Shown here: one piece after another, positions 12,431-25,880 of the stretch
How the letters are laid out: every line of letters begins with the position of its first letter
Numbering within the stretch: the first letter of the stretch is position 1
Source of the DNA: the human T2T-CHM13v2.0 reference genome, Homo sapiens
DNA: 64,000 bases
Direction: 5' to 3' (one strand)
NCBI RefSeq assembly: GCF_009914755.1
Contig: NC_060927.1
Position numbers and translations under genes: made by a program
The notes under the pieces: model-generated
Told to the model about the DNA's origin: nothing
Seen by the model: only the letters and a program-made list of their open reading frames with translations
The model's database searches: none

Positions 12431-13714
12431 TAAGGCCTGCAAAAGAAAATTACATAGCTGTATAGACATGTGCCACTATATGTTTCGGTTTGAAGTAGAA
12501 GCAATATCTTCATTGTCAATCCCTAATTATACTATATAACCCTGGTTGACATCTTAGTACATTTTCTAGGGTGTTTTTCTCCAAATTTTCATAGACTTTA
12601 TCTATGAAAATCCAACTCCTACTTTTTTCAGTTCCAGCAAATAATCTACAAAAACAAATAAAATTGAGGTAACATTAGACAAAAGTTTCTTCCACTCATC
12701 TCATTTACATGTAAAATTGAGGTCTAGTTTTTGAGGAAAATGATTTGGCCCAGAGGTAAGGGAGACAGGAAGAGACAGTCTATACAATGACCAGATCTTC
12801 TGCTTTTGGGAACACTGAAGTATAAGTTAAGCTGTTTTGAATTACCAATGGGCTCACAAGATACCTACTACTGTCACTGTCTCTGTTATTATTACTGTTA
12901 ACTACTACTACCACTAGTGCTGATGCAATGGCACAACCTGTTTTCATATATGCTCTCCTAAATTGTGAAGGAATTGCATGTGAAAAGCCTCTTATTCGTT
13001 TTATTATCAGAAGATTTAGGAAAATGCAAGGTGAAGAAAAGTTCCGCATATACAGCGCTGAATTTAAACAGTAATAATAACTAGGATTTGTAAATGACAG
13101 TTCTTCTTTAATGTAAGTAAAGCATCATCTCAAAAATTTGGTTTTTACATTTTAATTACAAAAGCCATCTGTTTAATACTATATCTTTCAATATCCATCA
13201 CTGTAGTAAGTAAGAAACAAGTAACCTAATTAGTTTCAATTATTGATAAGGGAAAATGCATATTTATTCTCAATTTTATTTTAGTTAAAAAATTTATTTT
13301 TTTGGAGGATATGTTTAAAGTCATTTATCTTCTCCATTGCTGAGGTGTTCTGAAAATTTTGTGTCTGACTGGAACCTCAGAGAGAGGGTGTGGGTGTAAA
13401 TAATGGTATTTACCCCAGATACTTTCGTAAATAAAGTAAGATAAAGGAACAGTGTTCCATTTGGACTCAGACACCAATTGTAGATGACTTAGTTTAATAG
13501 AAAAAAAATTTAAAACTAAAAACCAAACAAAGGGAAGTTGGCCCACTTAGATAAGTAGGCAGACAAGAAGCTGGCCTACCATGGGCCCACAGACTAATTT
13601 GACTGTCAAAAAAATTCTAAAGGAAAGTGTGGGTGCCTCAATGGAAGTAGTATGGTAGTATCTAGAATAAGGCCATCAATAGCCCCACTTTATTCTGAAC
13701 TGGTAACACCATGG

Positions 13715-13935
13715 CTATGCATAATGCCAAGTAGTTAAAAGCATGAGAATTGGAACAACACAATCCTGTATCAGAATCTCAGCCCTGCCAATTCTTGGCT
13801 CTGTGATGTGATGTGTTTTAAAATCCCTATGTCTCAGTTTCTTCAGTATCTGTAACATGGGTATAAAATGTGTATATTACAGTAAAGCACTTAGCATTAC
13901 ACATGGATTGCAATTAATAAGTGCTGTTATTATAA
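13715..13935 (+). mobile_element. MIR SINE
   Basis: 'gtagttaaaagcatgag...aatctcagccctgcca...tgtctcagtttcttcagtatctgtaacatggg...gtaaagcacttagca'. Confidence 0.8.
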
Positions 13936-14032
13936 TGCATGATTTTTAAGAGGCTAATCAGAAAACTGATGTGAAATTAGAGTGGGAAAGATATTTGAAA
14001 AAATTGTCAGATAAAGCAGGATTGAAAGACAT

Positions 14033-15560
14033 GGTATCTTAGTCCATTCGGCTACTATACAAAGTACCATAGACTGGGTAGCTTATAAACAACAGAAATT
14101 TATTTCTCATAATTCTGAAGGCTGGCAAGTCCAAGATGAAGGTGCCAGCAGATTCAGTGTCTGATGAGGCCTGCTTTCCCATAGAGGGAAATCTCTTTAC
14201 TGTAATTTCACATGGCAGAAGGAGCGAGGCATCTCTATGAAGTTGTCTTTATAAGGGCACTAGTTCCCTTCACGAGAGCTCTGAACTTATGAACTAATCA
14301 CCAGCTAAAGACTCCATATCTTAATACCATCACCTTAGAGATTAGAATTTTAATATATAAATTTTAAGGGGACATAAACATTCAGTCCATTGTGTTTTAC
14401 CCTATCCCTTAAAATGCATGTCATTCTCATACACAAAATAGCTTCATTCCATTTCAAAAGGCCCCAAAAGTCTTAACTATTCTAGCATCAACTCAAAAGT
14501 CTAAAGTCTCATCTAAATGTCATCTAAATCAAATATGCATGAGACTTAAGGTATAATTCATCCTGAGGCCAATTCTCCTCCGGCTGTGAGTCTGTAAAAT
14601 CAAATGAGTTATCTGCTTCCAAAATACAACGTTGGGACAGGCATTGGATAGACATTCCCATTCCAAAAGGGAGAAATAGAAAAGAAGAAAGGAGTGACAG
14701 GTCCTGAACATGTCCAATACCCAAATAGGGCAAACAACATTAAACCTTAAGGCTTGAAAATAACCTTCTTTAACTGAATGCTTTGTCCTCTAGACCCACT
14801 GGATCCACTGGGGCTGCAGTACTGCCTTCCAGAACCACTGGGTGGAAGTTCCACCTTGTGGACACACTGAGGTGGAGATCCCACCGCTGCAGCTTTGCTG
14901 GGCAGGTGTTCTGCCTGCAAGGCTCTAGGTGGCCCTGCTTCCATGGCTTTGGGCGGTGCTGACCCCAAGGTTTTGCTGGGCATAGCCCACACTGCAGCAT
15001 TCATGGTTAAACTTGTGTGCCTGCAGCTCTAATGGGCTGGTATTATGTGCTGGTGGTTCTACCAGTCTGTAGTCTCGGGGGCTACACTGCCCTTACAGCT
15101 CCGTTGGGCACTGTCCTATTGGGAGCACTCTATGGTGATCCTATGTCCCTGGTGATTCTCTGCCTGGGTTGCACATTTATATTTCTACCAACATTTTGTT
15201 CAGAATTACTTAGATCTTCTCTAAGAAAACTGATACTTTCTCTACAGCATCTCTCTTTTCTTTCTTCACCCTCAGTGGAATCCCCTTCATGGTTCATTCT
15301 TGACAATTGCAGGCTTTTTCTACCATGCACCTCAAAACTCTATCAGACTGTACACATTACCCAGTGCCAAAGCCGTCTCCACATTTTTAGGTATTTGTTA
15401 CAGTAGCAACCCTACTTTTTAGTGCCAAGTTTCTGTCTTAGTCCATTTGGGCTGCTGTAACAAAACACAATCAACTATGTGTCTTACACACAACAGAATT
15501 TCTTAAAGTTCCAGAGGCTGGGAAGTCCAAGATTGAAGCACTGGCAGATACGGTGACATC
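14033..15560 (-). mobile_element. MLT1A/MLT1A0 MaLR remnant: LTR (14033-14393), internal region (14394-15433), partial second LTR (15434-15560)
   Basis: Both LTR copies begin 't[a/g]tcttagtccatt..ggct.ct.ta' and share 'ggctgg.aagtccaagat'. The sequence between them is MaLR-internal-like ('ccccaaaagtcttaac...agcatcaactcaaaagtc', 'cccattccaaaagggagaaat'). Confidence 0.88.
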
Positions 15561-16619
15561 TAACCTTACAGGTGAGGAGGTTCATGAGAGACAGCAGTGA
15601 AACCTTCAAACATATGAGAGGCTGCCATAAGGAAGTACATTTTAATTTGTAATGTCTGCTGCCAAAGACCAGAAACAACATGACATAGGCATCTGAGGGC
15701 AGAATTTTTTTTTTTTAAACATACTGATATTAACAGATACCTGCTATGTGAATAGGGACACATTATGTAACATCTCTGACTATCACTGACTTTTTTTTTT
15801 AAATGAGGGCTACTGCACAGATGAAATGAAGTTGAATATGTAAATAACTAATAAGTCAAAACTAGAGGACGATGAACCCCACTCCACAGAGATATTCCAG
15901 TGTAGGCGCTGTGACCACTGAACAAAAACACTGCAGAGGGAATTTGATCCTTGGTTCCAACTGACCCCTCAAAACCAGGAGATATTAGCATTATAAAATA
16001 AGTGACCCAATTCTCACTTTCTAGCCCTGCCTAAAGTGCCTGTAACAGGATCTACCTCCTGAAAAGTATTTCAATTTTTCCCTTTATTCCTTATATAGAG
16101 CTCATTAATAAACTCTGAAACCAGAAAAAGATCAAACAAACAAAATTTTCTTACAGTGGCCTTTCTGAAAGGAAGATGAACATGAATTATACCATGCACA
16201 TCGATAAAAGAATCAGTGAAATGCCATTAATAAATCAAGTTTTCAATCAAAGACAAATAAAATCTGAAATACTGCAGCCATGCCCTGGGGTACATGTCTT
16301 GTTATAATGAATTCATTTCAAGCCTCTTTAATATGAGATCATTCTTTTAACAAGGTTCTTTTGGTATATTTTATAAGGAACTGAGTTCAACCTTATAAAT
16401 AATTTAATTTAGTAATATGCCTCTGTATAACAAGTTCCATTCATGAAGTCCCTGAATCTAAATTTTACGCTCACCTGAAAATCTCGAAGAATCAAACATT
16501 AATGATTCCAGAGGCTTTAATTAGCTTAAAAACAGCTAGTTGTCAAAGAAATGGAAATTTAAGTAATCCTGAAACACTATATAGCATTTAATGAAGTATT
16601 CTTTTTTTCTGTCACAACT

Positions 16620-17100
16620 TCCACAGTTGCCAATGTTGTGGTGAAAATGTACACTAACTTATTAATCTCTGCATTATATATCGGTAATTCATGCATAAAG
16701 CAAAAGAAAAATATGTAGCAAAAAAGCCTGAGGACAGTCATATCTTTTGACTCGGTGTGTTCACTCCTAGTATTTATTTTAAGAAATAATTCAGCAGAAA
16801 TCTAAAAATTATTATTGCAGTATTATCAATAATATTGCAAAAAACTCCAACAATAGGAAACAATATATAAGCATTTTGCTTTACTGAATAGTTTAATAAA
16901 TTATAACATGTTAATACAACAAAATGTTACATAGACAATAAACTAATCAATATTTAGATAAATGGCAAAATATTTATTATATTAGGTAAAAATTACAGAA
17001 TAGATATTAATATTCACCCCATTGTGTATATAAATTATGCATTTGTATAAAATATAAAGGGAAATTTTAAAAAATAATCAATTTATTAAATTTTCATAAC
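16620..17100 (+). mobile_element. Highly decayed L1ME 3' fragment
   Basis: 'catatcttttgactcgg...cactcctagtatttattttaagaaataat' and 'ttattgcagtatta'. Confidence 0.5.
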
Positions 17101-17984
17101 TTACCCATTAATTGTCATTTTAATAAAAAGTAATAAAAGACCTCAAATTGGCAGAAGATATAGATTAGATGGATGACATTGGCAATTAGGTGACACAGTT
17201 TTTCTTTACATTCCTACATAATGTGAAACTCCATAGTCTTTAACCCTTTATCCTCCCAAGTTCCAGTTTCTTTCTAAGTTTTTACACTTTGTTAAAAACA
17301 AAGTAGCGATGAAGAATATTTTTATCATAAAATTTAAAATTGTAAAGTACTTTGAAAATGAAAATACCTAATCAAATGCTGATTAACAAAAATATTAGCT
17401 GGAGAGCAATCAAAGATTTCCATGGAAGACAAAATTCTCTCTTTTGCAGAATGTTAGATGATGCCTGTGCATTAAGAAGGAAGTGCTATTTTCCCCTGTG
17501 GTTCCCAGCCTAAGTGAGACAAACACCTTGCTTACTGTAGTTAATTAGAATTACCTGGTAGTGTATATTGATGAATCTTTATCCAGTCCCTTGGTTGTTA
17601 ACAAATAAAAAATCCATTTCCCAAAGCTAACCCATTAATTGAAGTCATTCTTTTGGTTTTGTTTTGCTTTTTTTTAAAGATATGCAATTTTGTCACTGTA
17701 AATTTTAATTTCCCAAATGGCAAAACATTTCAGAGTATCTCTAAGGCTCTTGGAACTCAGGCTTAGCCACAGAGGTATTGAGCATGTGGCCAAACTTCCC
17801 TCTGAAGTCAATCAAGGCTCTTCTAATTAGCCTTTTGCCACATGACATCCCACCAACTTCAAGAGATTTAGGGTTGTTAATACCCCATCAGCAATTGCAT
17901 TATTAAGATGACTGAGTTTGGAAACTGTGAATAAGTAAGGTAGACATTACAAGTCACTCTTTGGGTTCTGCTTAATGGAGAACA

Positions 17985-18200
17985 ATTTGGACATTTAGTG
18001 GTTTATGCTAGAGTTTAACAGTTGAACGTGTTAGACTTTGTTAGTCAACTTCATTATATCTCTACTTCATAACTCACTTCTTCATTTTCTCCATTTGCAA
18101 AATAGTGTTAGAAACATCTGGTGGTAGCAACTTCCTCCTAGGAATATTTGATGAGTAATAAGTTAAAGAAAGTGTTGCATCATGCTGGACAAAGGTAAAA
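17985..18200 (+). mobile_element. MIR-family SINE (decayed)
   Basis: 'cttcattttctccatttgcaaaatag...gtaataagttaaagaaagtgttgcatcatgctggaca'. Confidence 0.55.
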
Positions 18201-19369
18201 CACAAATACAGGTGAAGTCACATGTTCCATCATTGAATCTCATTACTTTCCTACATCCTTTGTCTAACCGGATTGTGATTCATTTGCAATTGTCACATCT
18301 GTGAACTATTTATTTCACTTGCAACTATTTATTTCATTGCAAATTATACACTAAGTACTATCTTTGATGCATACTAAACTGAGAATATGGCATAATAATA
18401 AAGCCTTGGTATAGCCAAAAAGCTTTAGAGATAGAAATTTATTATTTTTCTCAATGGAATACAGCCTTGTCTAGCCAAGGCCCAAATTATTCAGTGTTCT
18501 TGCAGTTTCACTGAAACTCAGCCAATATCTGATCTGAGAACACCTACCTTTGTTTGTATAAAACCTAAAATAAACAAGTTTTCTATGGTCCCCAGAAAAT
18601 CAGTTACAGTGCTCTTATTTTATTCCTTCAAAGGAATTTGAGATAGCCCTGGTTTTTTAAAATTCTCTATTTTTATTCCTATTCCTAAAAAAAATAAATA
18701 AGCCACTTTATTGGGAAAGTGAAATAGTATTTTCACTACAGAGTTATTGAATTGATATACTATGCATTTCCCATTCATCAGATTAATTTTGTTGTCAGTT
18801 CTACTACAGTAATGTTATATTTCCCATGGGTTCACATAGAATTTTGCTATTTTTTTTAGCTTCATTATTACCAGGTATTTCCTTCTTATCAGATATTTAT
18901 TTGAAGTTTTTACCATACCCATTTGATCTGAATAAATTGGTTATATATGTGTTTTCTCTTTATAACCAAGCTCAGCTTTTGATGGTATATTTAAATCATA
19001 TTTTTATATAATATCAAAGAAATCCATAATTTAGAAAATGACCTTGATTTGCTTTTTCTGATCTTTTGTAGCTGGATAAAGTGGGTAGTAACAAAAGGAA
19101 CAATTGCAAGCAATTTCTCTCTAATAGCCACTATCCTTCTTCAAATAAATTCTAAAATAAGGAGTTTTTTTTTTTTTTTTTTAAAAAAAGGATGTAAGCT
19201 TACTTCACTATTAACTTAAAAACCGTAATTTCTGAATTACTGGACTTTACCACTTCGTGTGCAATTTGGAGATACAGAGAGCCAGAAGTTGAGCTTCCTG
19301 TGTTAGGGACCTGAAGAATTTCTAAGTCTAGATAGAATCTTCTGTATAATGTGAAGCCTTATCTTCACT

Positions 19370-19682
19370 ATAATTGCAGACCACATTGTTCATTTGCATT
19401 TGGTAATCTTTCTTACAATGACCCCTTCTTGTGGGAGAATTATACATTCCCATTTTGTTGAAGTGAGTCATGGCCATATAATTTAGTTTTCCCAAATGAC
19501 GATGATCCAGATAGAAGCCATTCCATGAGCTGGAATCCTGAGATGAAGACACAGAACAGAAGCCAACTCACGTTACACATGTTGAATGAGTTGAAATCGT
19601 ACTTATTACTATAAAAAATTATGATGTAAGTAAGGGATCACTTGCTACTGCAGCATAACCTAATTTCTCATAATTGATTATA
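19370..19682 (+). mobile_element. Old MLT1 (H/I/J-like) MaLR LTR
   Basis: 'tgaagtgagtcatggccatataatttagtttt.ccaaatga' and the 3' end 'cacttgctactgcagcataaccta...attgatta'. Confidence 0.65.
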
Positions 19683-20599
19683 ATTTTTAATGTTGAGAGA
19701 CTTAGAGGAACTCGGCTGAAAGAGAAGCCATGTTCCTACAAACAGTAAGTGATACTACAGAACGTGCACAGGAAGCAAGAACCTCAGTCAATTGACCTTC
19801 CCCAGGTGTGGGACTAACAGATTTATACAAAGAGCTAGATAGACCCATATCAATGTTATAACATCTAAATCCTGATAAAAGATCACAGCAAATTCAAAGG
19901 GAACAATGCTCACATACAGAAATACTGAGGCATAGAGTGCTAAAGGTTAGGCTAGACTAGAAGGAGTTTATAAACTATATTTAAGACAATGACCCTATAA
20001 GGAGGATCTATATGCAATCTAGGGATGAAAGTAAGTGTCTATCTAGGGAAGCAATGCCAAAGTCTGAAGAATGGGAGAGACATAATAAAAGAATAAATAA
20101 TGAATCAAGAGGTTAGAATGATCAGAGTTACAGAGAGAATCTGATTTCAAACCAGCTCGAAGTAAGGGATTCAGTGCTATAACTATGACTCCTAAGAGGG
20201 TTAGAGCCTGGAAGGTGCTCTCAGTGCAGTACAGGAAATCTCCTCATTAATTGCATGGATGTGAGCAGTGCTCCCTGTCTTCTATGCTCAAGGCTCTGCA
20301 TTGCTAGGGCCTACAACCTAAAGGTTTCCCCACGCTGGATGCCTGGAGACACATCTGGATCTTGAACATTATGTGACTGATGTTTATATTATACTATTGG
20401 CAAGAGCACATGATACACATTACCTGCAGTGGTCTCACATTCACAGATGACTCCGCCTTGCTGAGGAATGCCACTTTCAGTATTTGAATGTTTATGCTAC
20501 GAAATTTTCAATCAAGCACATGGGAATAGAACAGAAGTCTATGCATGACTCTTTAATTAGAGATCATAACAACAGAAAAGCCCAGTCAGTAAACCAGAT

Positions 20600-20790
20600 C
20601 TGGTCACTTCAGTTCTAAGTATCTCATTCCACCTTCACAGCAACCAATCTAAGGAGGTACTGTTATTGTGCTTTTGCAAATGAGGAAACTGAAGCTTCAA
20701 GAGGTAAAGTAACTTACTTGTGATTATATAGCTAAAAATGGTAGGGACAAGTTCTGAATCAAATGATCTGGCTTCAGAGACTATGCTTTT
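20600..20790 (-). mobile_element. MIR SINE
   Basis: 'ttttgcaaatgaggaaactgaagcttcaagaggtaaagtaacttac...tctggcttcagagactatgct'. Confidence 0.8.
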
Positions 20791-22751
20791 TCATCAATAG
20801 CTAAACTGCAGTCCATGCTGCTGTTTAAATCTATTTAGTTATGGATTTTTTTGTGATTTAACAAAATAGGAAAATATACTTCAGATATTTCTTATAGAGC
20901 CCAGCTGACCTTAGGATTGTCCTTTCACACATTATTTGGCTATGGAATATGTGATCTGATTATTTCATGAATCATTTTCTTTCATGTGCAGCAGAGAATC
21001 CTTGTCCAATGTTCAAAGTAAGCCAAAGTATATCTTAAATTTAATTGACATTATATAGAATTTTTACACTGTATCTCTATGAAATAATTCAAGACCAGAG
21101 AAGTTCACCTGAATAATCTGGGGGAAAAAATTTATTCTTTCTCCTTCCCTAATATATCCAGTTAGCTGACAGCAATTCAGTTGCTGTCCCCGAATAATTT
21201 GTGAAAATGTGCCCATTCTGATGTGGGCTGATGAGACCAGATTCTATTTGATCCTTATCTCATTATTCAGTGGCAGTGAACATCTCAGGTCATTAGTCCA
21301 CAGCAGTCTGAGGAGTAGGGGTGAATGGCTGGCCCGTTACCACTGATAAATCTTTTACCAAAGACAGCTCACACTGAGAGGAGAGAATGAGACTCCAACT
21401 GGCTACAAAGTGGGTTTTGGATAAAAACTCGTTACTCTCCAAAATCCAGCTCAAAGACCAGAGAGTTATCCCGAGGAGGCTACAGTGAAGTTCACCTAAT
21501 TATCAATTACACTGTATCTTCCTTCCTCCTCTCTTTAATTTAATCTCTTAAATTCATCTTTTGAAATAATGTCAGCTTGAATATTTTTGATCAGAAACAA
21601 AATCAACTATAGACTTTTAAGAAACAGAGGTAAAAGATAAACTGTCCTAGAGAAAGCTTCATTACAAAAAATTATCTCTGATGTGTAATCCATGAGCCTA
21701 GAGATTACCAGGAAAGGAAAATGAAAGCATGGCACTGAGGTCTGTCCACAATCATGCCCTGCAGGGAGGCGCCATTATCTCACAAACCATACATGGGGTT
21801 CGAAATATGAATTTTTTTTTTTTTAAGTAAATATGTGGAACAGCCAGGCTGATGGGGAGAAAGGAAAAAGAAAGGACTTTATCTTTCTCCAGCCTGACAC
21901 TAATTCTTTGTGATAGGGTGGGGAGCTGTGTGTAATTTTCAGAACTGAAGAGTAGCTTTATCTGTCTTAGCAAAAGCAAAGCCCCTCTCTTCTGCCTTTT
22001 TAAGGTTGTTAGAGGAGTAGGACTATACAATCCCCCAAATAATTTCTCTGACCTTCACTTTTGCTAAATTTTCACAGCATATGCGAATCAATATTCCAAA
22101 GTATCGAGAGTAGAAGGGTTTTCTGGGATCAGAAATTCAGAATCTTTCTCAAGATTTTGGAAAAGCACATTTTCTCCCCTCAGAAATTGTTACTCCAATG
22201 ACAACCTTTCAGCTCCAGAACCGCCCTATCCAAGAGAAACAACCTGGCAGGACTGTCCCACTGAGTGGGCCTATTATAGAAATAAATCTCCATGGCACCA
22301 GCCAGGAGAGGGACTCAGGCCAGCCCTGTGCTATCTGATTAGTTCATGAAAGGAAAAGCTCTGACTGAAAGTACCTGCTTACCCCAGAGTCTCTACAAGG
22401 CTTCAGAGGCCTTTAGAAGTTTCCCAGGGTTCAGGGAAAAACTGGCGGCAGCTAAAAAAAAAAAAAAGGAAAAAAAAAGTTCATCTCGCTGCTTCTCTAC
22501 AACTAAGAAAAATCTTTTAACTAGACCTGAATGCTCTGTTACCTGCCCATAGCAATTTAGATATACCCCAACAGGGAGGTTTTCACAACACAGAAAAAAG
22601 AGACTGCTGAAGACTTCCTTTGTGGCTACTGAACATCTAGCACTGCAAGTTGACATGCTCTGCAAGTATATTCAGTGATGCATTCTCTATGGATTTTGAG
22701 AATCCAAGAGTAGGAATGCAGCATTGGCACCAAGAAATTGAAGAGAACCTA

Positions 22752-23138
<387 letters not shown>

Positions 23139-24152
23139 TTACAATATACACCAGTAGACCGAAATATGGTTTGAACACATACACAGAAAACAGCAAACAC
23201 TTTAATGTATGTATGCAATATCGTCTATAGTCATCTTATAGACATCTTGCATTGCATCCACTACATTCCTGACTGCTAAAAAGAAGAGTCGGAGGAAGCC
23301 TTTAGGCTATCTATGCCTTAAGACCATTGAATAATTTTCAATTTCCCACCTCTGAAGAACATATCTGAGTAGAGTATTCTTAAGACTTTAGAGAAAAACT
23401 TGAAAAGCAACCATTGCCCATATCAGAAAACAGATTTCATTGCATGTACAAGCCATGCCAAGATCCAGTCAAAAACGAAGAGACTTTAAGATGGCTAAGT
23501 AACACACTTGGAAATATTTGTTGAAAGAAATTCAAAGATGGATGCTTTCAGTGATAATTGCTAAAAAAGCAAGCCAAAATAAATATATCCGGAGTGCTCA
23601 CACTTCTATCTGCTTTATGCTAGAGAGGCCCCTGTCATCACAAAGACTCACTGTCCTTGTCCTTGCATAAAATGAGGATAATGACAATATTGGCCCAACT
23701 TATTTCACAGAGTTATCATGAGACTTGAACAAGGTGTTGTAAAAACCCTTTACATATTGTAAAGTGGCCTGCACCAGTGGATAACCTATTTGATGTTAAG
23801 TTACCTGGGAACATTTGTCATCTCTCAAAATGCAAGTTCTTAGAGGACAGATTGCCATTTTAGGTCATCTGTGAAGAACTTCAATTCAAGATTGCTACCC
23901 AAAGGGAAAGTAATAAGTGGTTTTGTAAACGATATGAGTAATGACGTAACCATCAGAAGAGATCCTCTATTTCTTTCCTTCCTTGGTAACAAACTGAAAG
24001 TTTGTCAAAAAGCACTTACTCTTAACAAAATAAATAAAAGTACTTCTAAATTTTCCCATTTGCTTTGCCTTGTGGTCTTTCTCTGTCAAATCATACAATC
24101 TATGCATTGTGAGTTGTTCAGTGTTTTCAAATTATTTTACAAGGCACTGGGC

Positions 24153-24290
24153 TATATCATATATATATATAGATATATATGATATATAGATATATATCAT
24201 ATAGATATACATGATATATAGATATATAGATATGATATATATATATCATATATATATATATAGAGAGAGAGAGGGAGGGAGACAGACAGA
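24153..24290. repeat. Compound (TA)n/(GATATA)n/(GA)n microsatellite
   Basis: Directly visible. Confidence 0.95.
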
Positions 24291-24399
24291 CTATGGAATA
24301 GATAAAATAGAGAAGCAGAACCTCACATAAAAGAAGACAACATAACCATGTTTATCTTCTCCTTTTTCTGTTTTGTTGAGGCTACTGTCACTTCCTTAG

Positions 24400-24680
24400 A
24401 GAACTCTAACCATTCTTTGAGACTCAACTTCAGTACCATCCCTCCCTTGAGTCTTAATTTCTACCAAACAAGAATTGATCTTGTCTTTCTCTAAATTTCC
24501 TTGTCACTTTGTCTCCAACTCTCTCATGGCACTTCATTCCATCTAATATTTTATGTGCTTCTTTTGGAGTTGTGACTCTGATGTACTATCCTGTCTCCTG
24601 TCTGCACCGTGCAGGCCTTGGCTTAACACATAGTAGTTGTTCAATAATTATTGATTAATACGTTAGTGAATATCTGAATA
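24400..24680 (+). mobile_element. L2 3' end
   Basis: 'ttctttgagactcaacttcagtaccatc' and the terminal 'cacatagtagttgttcaataattattgattaa...tgaat'. Confidence 0.6.
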
Positions 24681-25351
24681 AAAATATAAATGCGTGTGTA
24701 CTTCGCTTTTATTATTACACAGGGAACCATGAGCTACTAGACATCAGGAGATAAGTAAATGATAAAAAACCCACATTAGGCTGGCTCTTTGCAGGCGCGT
24801 AATAGCCAGCCCTCATTAAAGAGTCCAGACCCTGGGGGCTGTGAGCATCCAATCCCCACCACATTAAGCTTCCAAGCTCTGAATATGTGTTTACTGAAAA
24901 AAATAAAAGGTTAACATGGTTCATGCATAGCATTAAATTTATGCTCTACTAGGCTCTCAGGCACCTTGAAAAGTCAAATATTTAGGTGTCTGGCATTCTT
25001 ATTCACTGGGAACATGATTTTGAGATTCTTTCCTCTCTTCTTTTTCTCTTGCATTTAGCCATAGTTCCATAAATGCTCCCCTTGTATTGTGCTGTGGCTG
25101 CTGCCTTTCTTAAAGACAACTTTTTGCTTTGATTAATTATTGAGCCCTCAGCACTGAAGATTCCCCACTCTCCAATTCTCATTACCAAGGTCTCACAGCC
25201 TGCCTGCTCTGCTTGTCTTGATGCAGGGCTTGACGAATGCTCCAATGCTCCACCCTGAGAAAATTTCATGTGCTCATAACTGCTGTTTTTCAGTGTACTT
25301 TTTGAGTGATCATGGCCTGGACAGACATACTTACTAGAAACAGAAGCAATA

Positions 25352-25355
<4 letters not shown>

Positions 25356-25403
<48 letters not shown>
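25356..25403. repeat. Perfect (GT)24 microsatellite
   Basis: Directly visible, uninterrupted. Confidence 0.97.
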
Positions 25404-25405
<2 letters not shown>

Positions 25406-25769
25406 AACCCAGAAGCAGGTCTGGTATAAATGCCCAGACTACACCAAAGCACACTAGACAGCAACACTGGAGCTGAAATTTCTTTGTTTTTGCTCGAATT
25501 TTTGTTTTCACTTTAATTATATATACCAAACTTCTGATTATTTCACCCTTGGAAGAGACAAGCTTTATTTTACTACTTTTTTGTTTAATTTGCTATTTAT
25601 TTACTTGTTTATTCTTACATACTTCTTATCAACTGTTTGTACCCATCTATATGTTCTTTGGGATTTCCTCGAATTATCTAGCTATGCTATGTACCTCTTT
25701 TTTTTCCGTGGCTTTATGAAGTAAAATTCCCTTCCATGATTTTAAAATCACCTAATGTAACTCTGACTC

Positions 25770-25880
25770 TTATTTACAATTACTCTTCTATACAATTCCA
25801 TTGCATACTCTTACTCTTCTATACTCTTACTCTTCTATACAATTCCATTACTCTTACTCGTCTATACAATCCCATTATTC
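25770..25880. repeat. Degenerate minisatellite built from TACTCT and TACTCTTCTATACAATTCCAT units
   Basis: 'tactcttctatacaattccatt' recurs three times (the third with mismatches), with tactct subunits between. Confidence 0.8.

Larger units (their letters stand above)
13590..15800 (+). mobile_element. L3/CR1 3' region in three pieces (about 13590-13712, 13945-14032, 15570-15800), interrupted by MIR and MLT1A
   Basis: Colinear CR1-like segments: 'gtatctagaataagg...atagccccactttattctgaactggtaacacca', 'tttgaaaaaattgtcagataaagcaggattgaaagacatgg', 'cttcaaacatatgagaggctgccataaggaag'. Confidence 0.6.

Noticed and set aside
14524-15406. GC-richer ORF cluster
   Set aside because: Lies in MaLR internal sequence, with no intact gag-like frame.
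25003-25467. 154-aa ORF with a (TH)n repeat
   Set aside because: The repeat is just the translated (CA)n microsatellite and the start is non-ATG.
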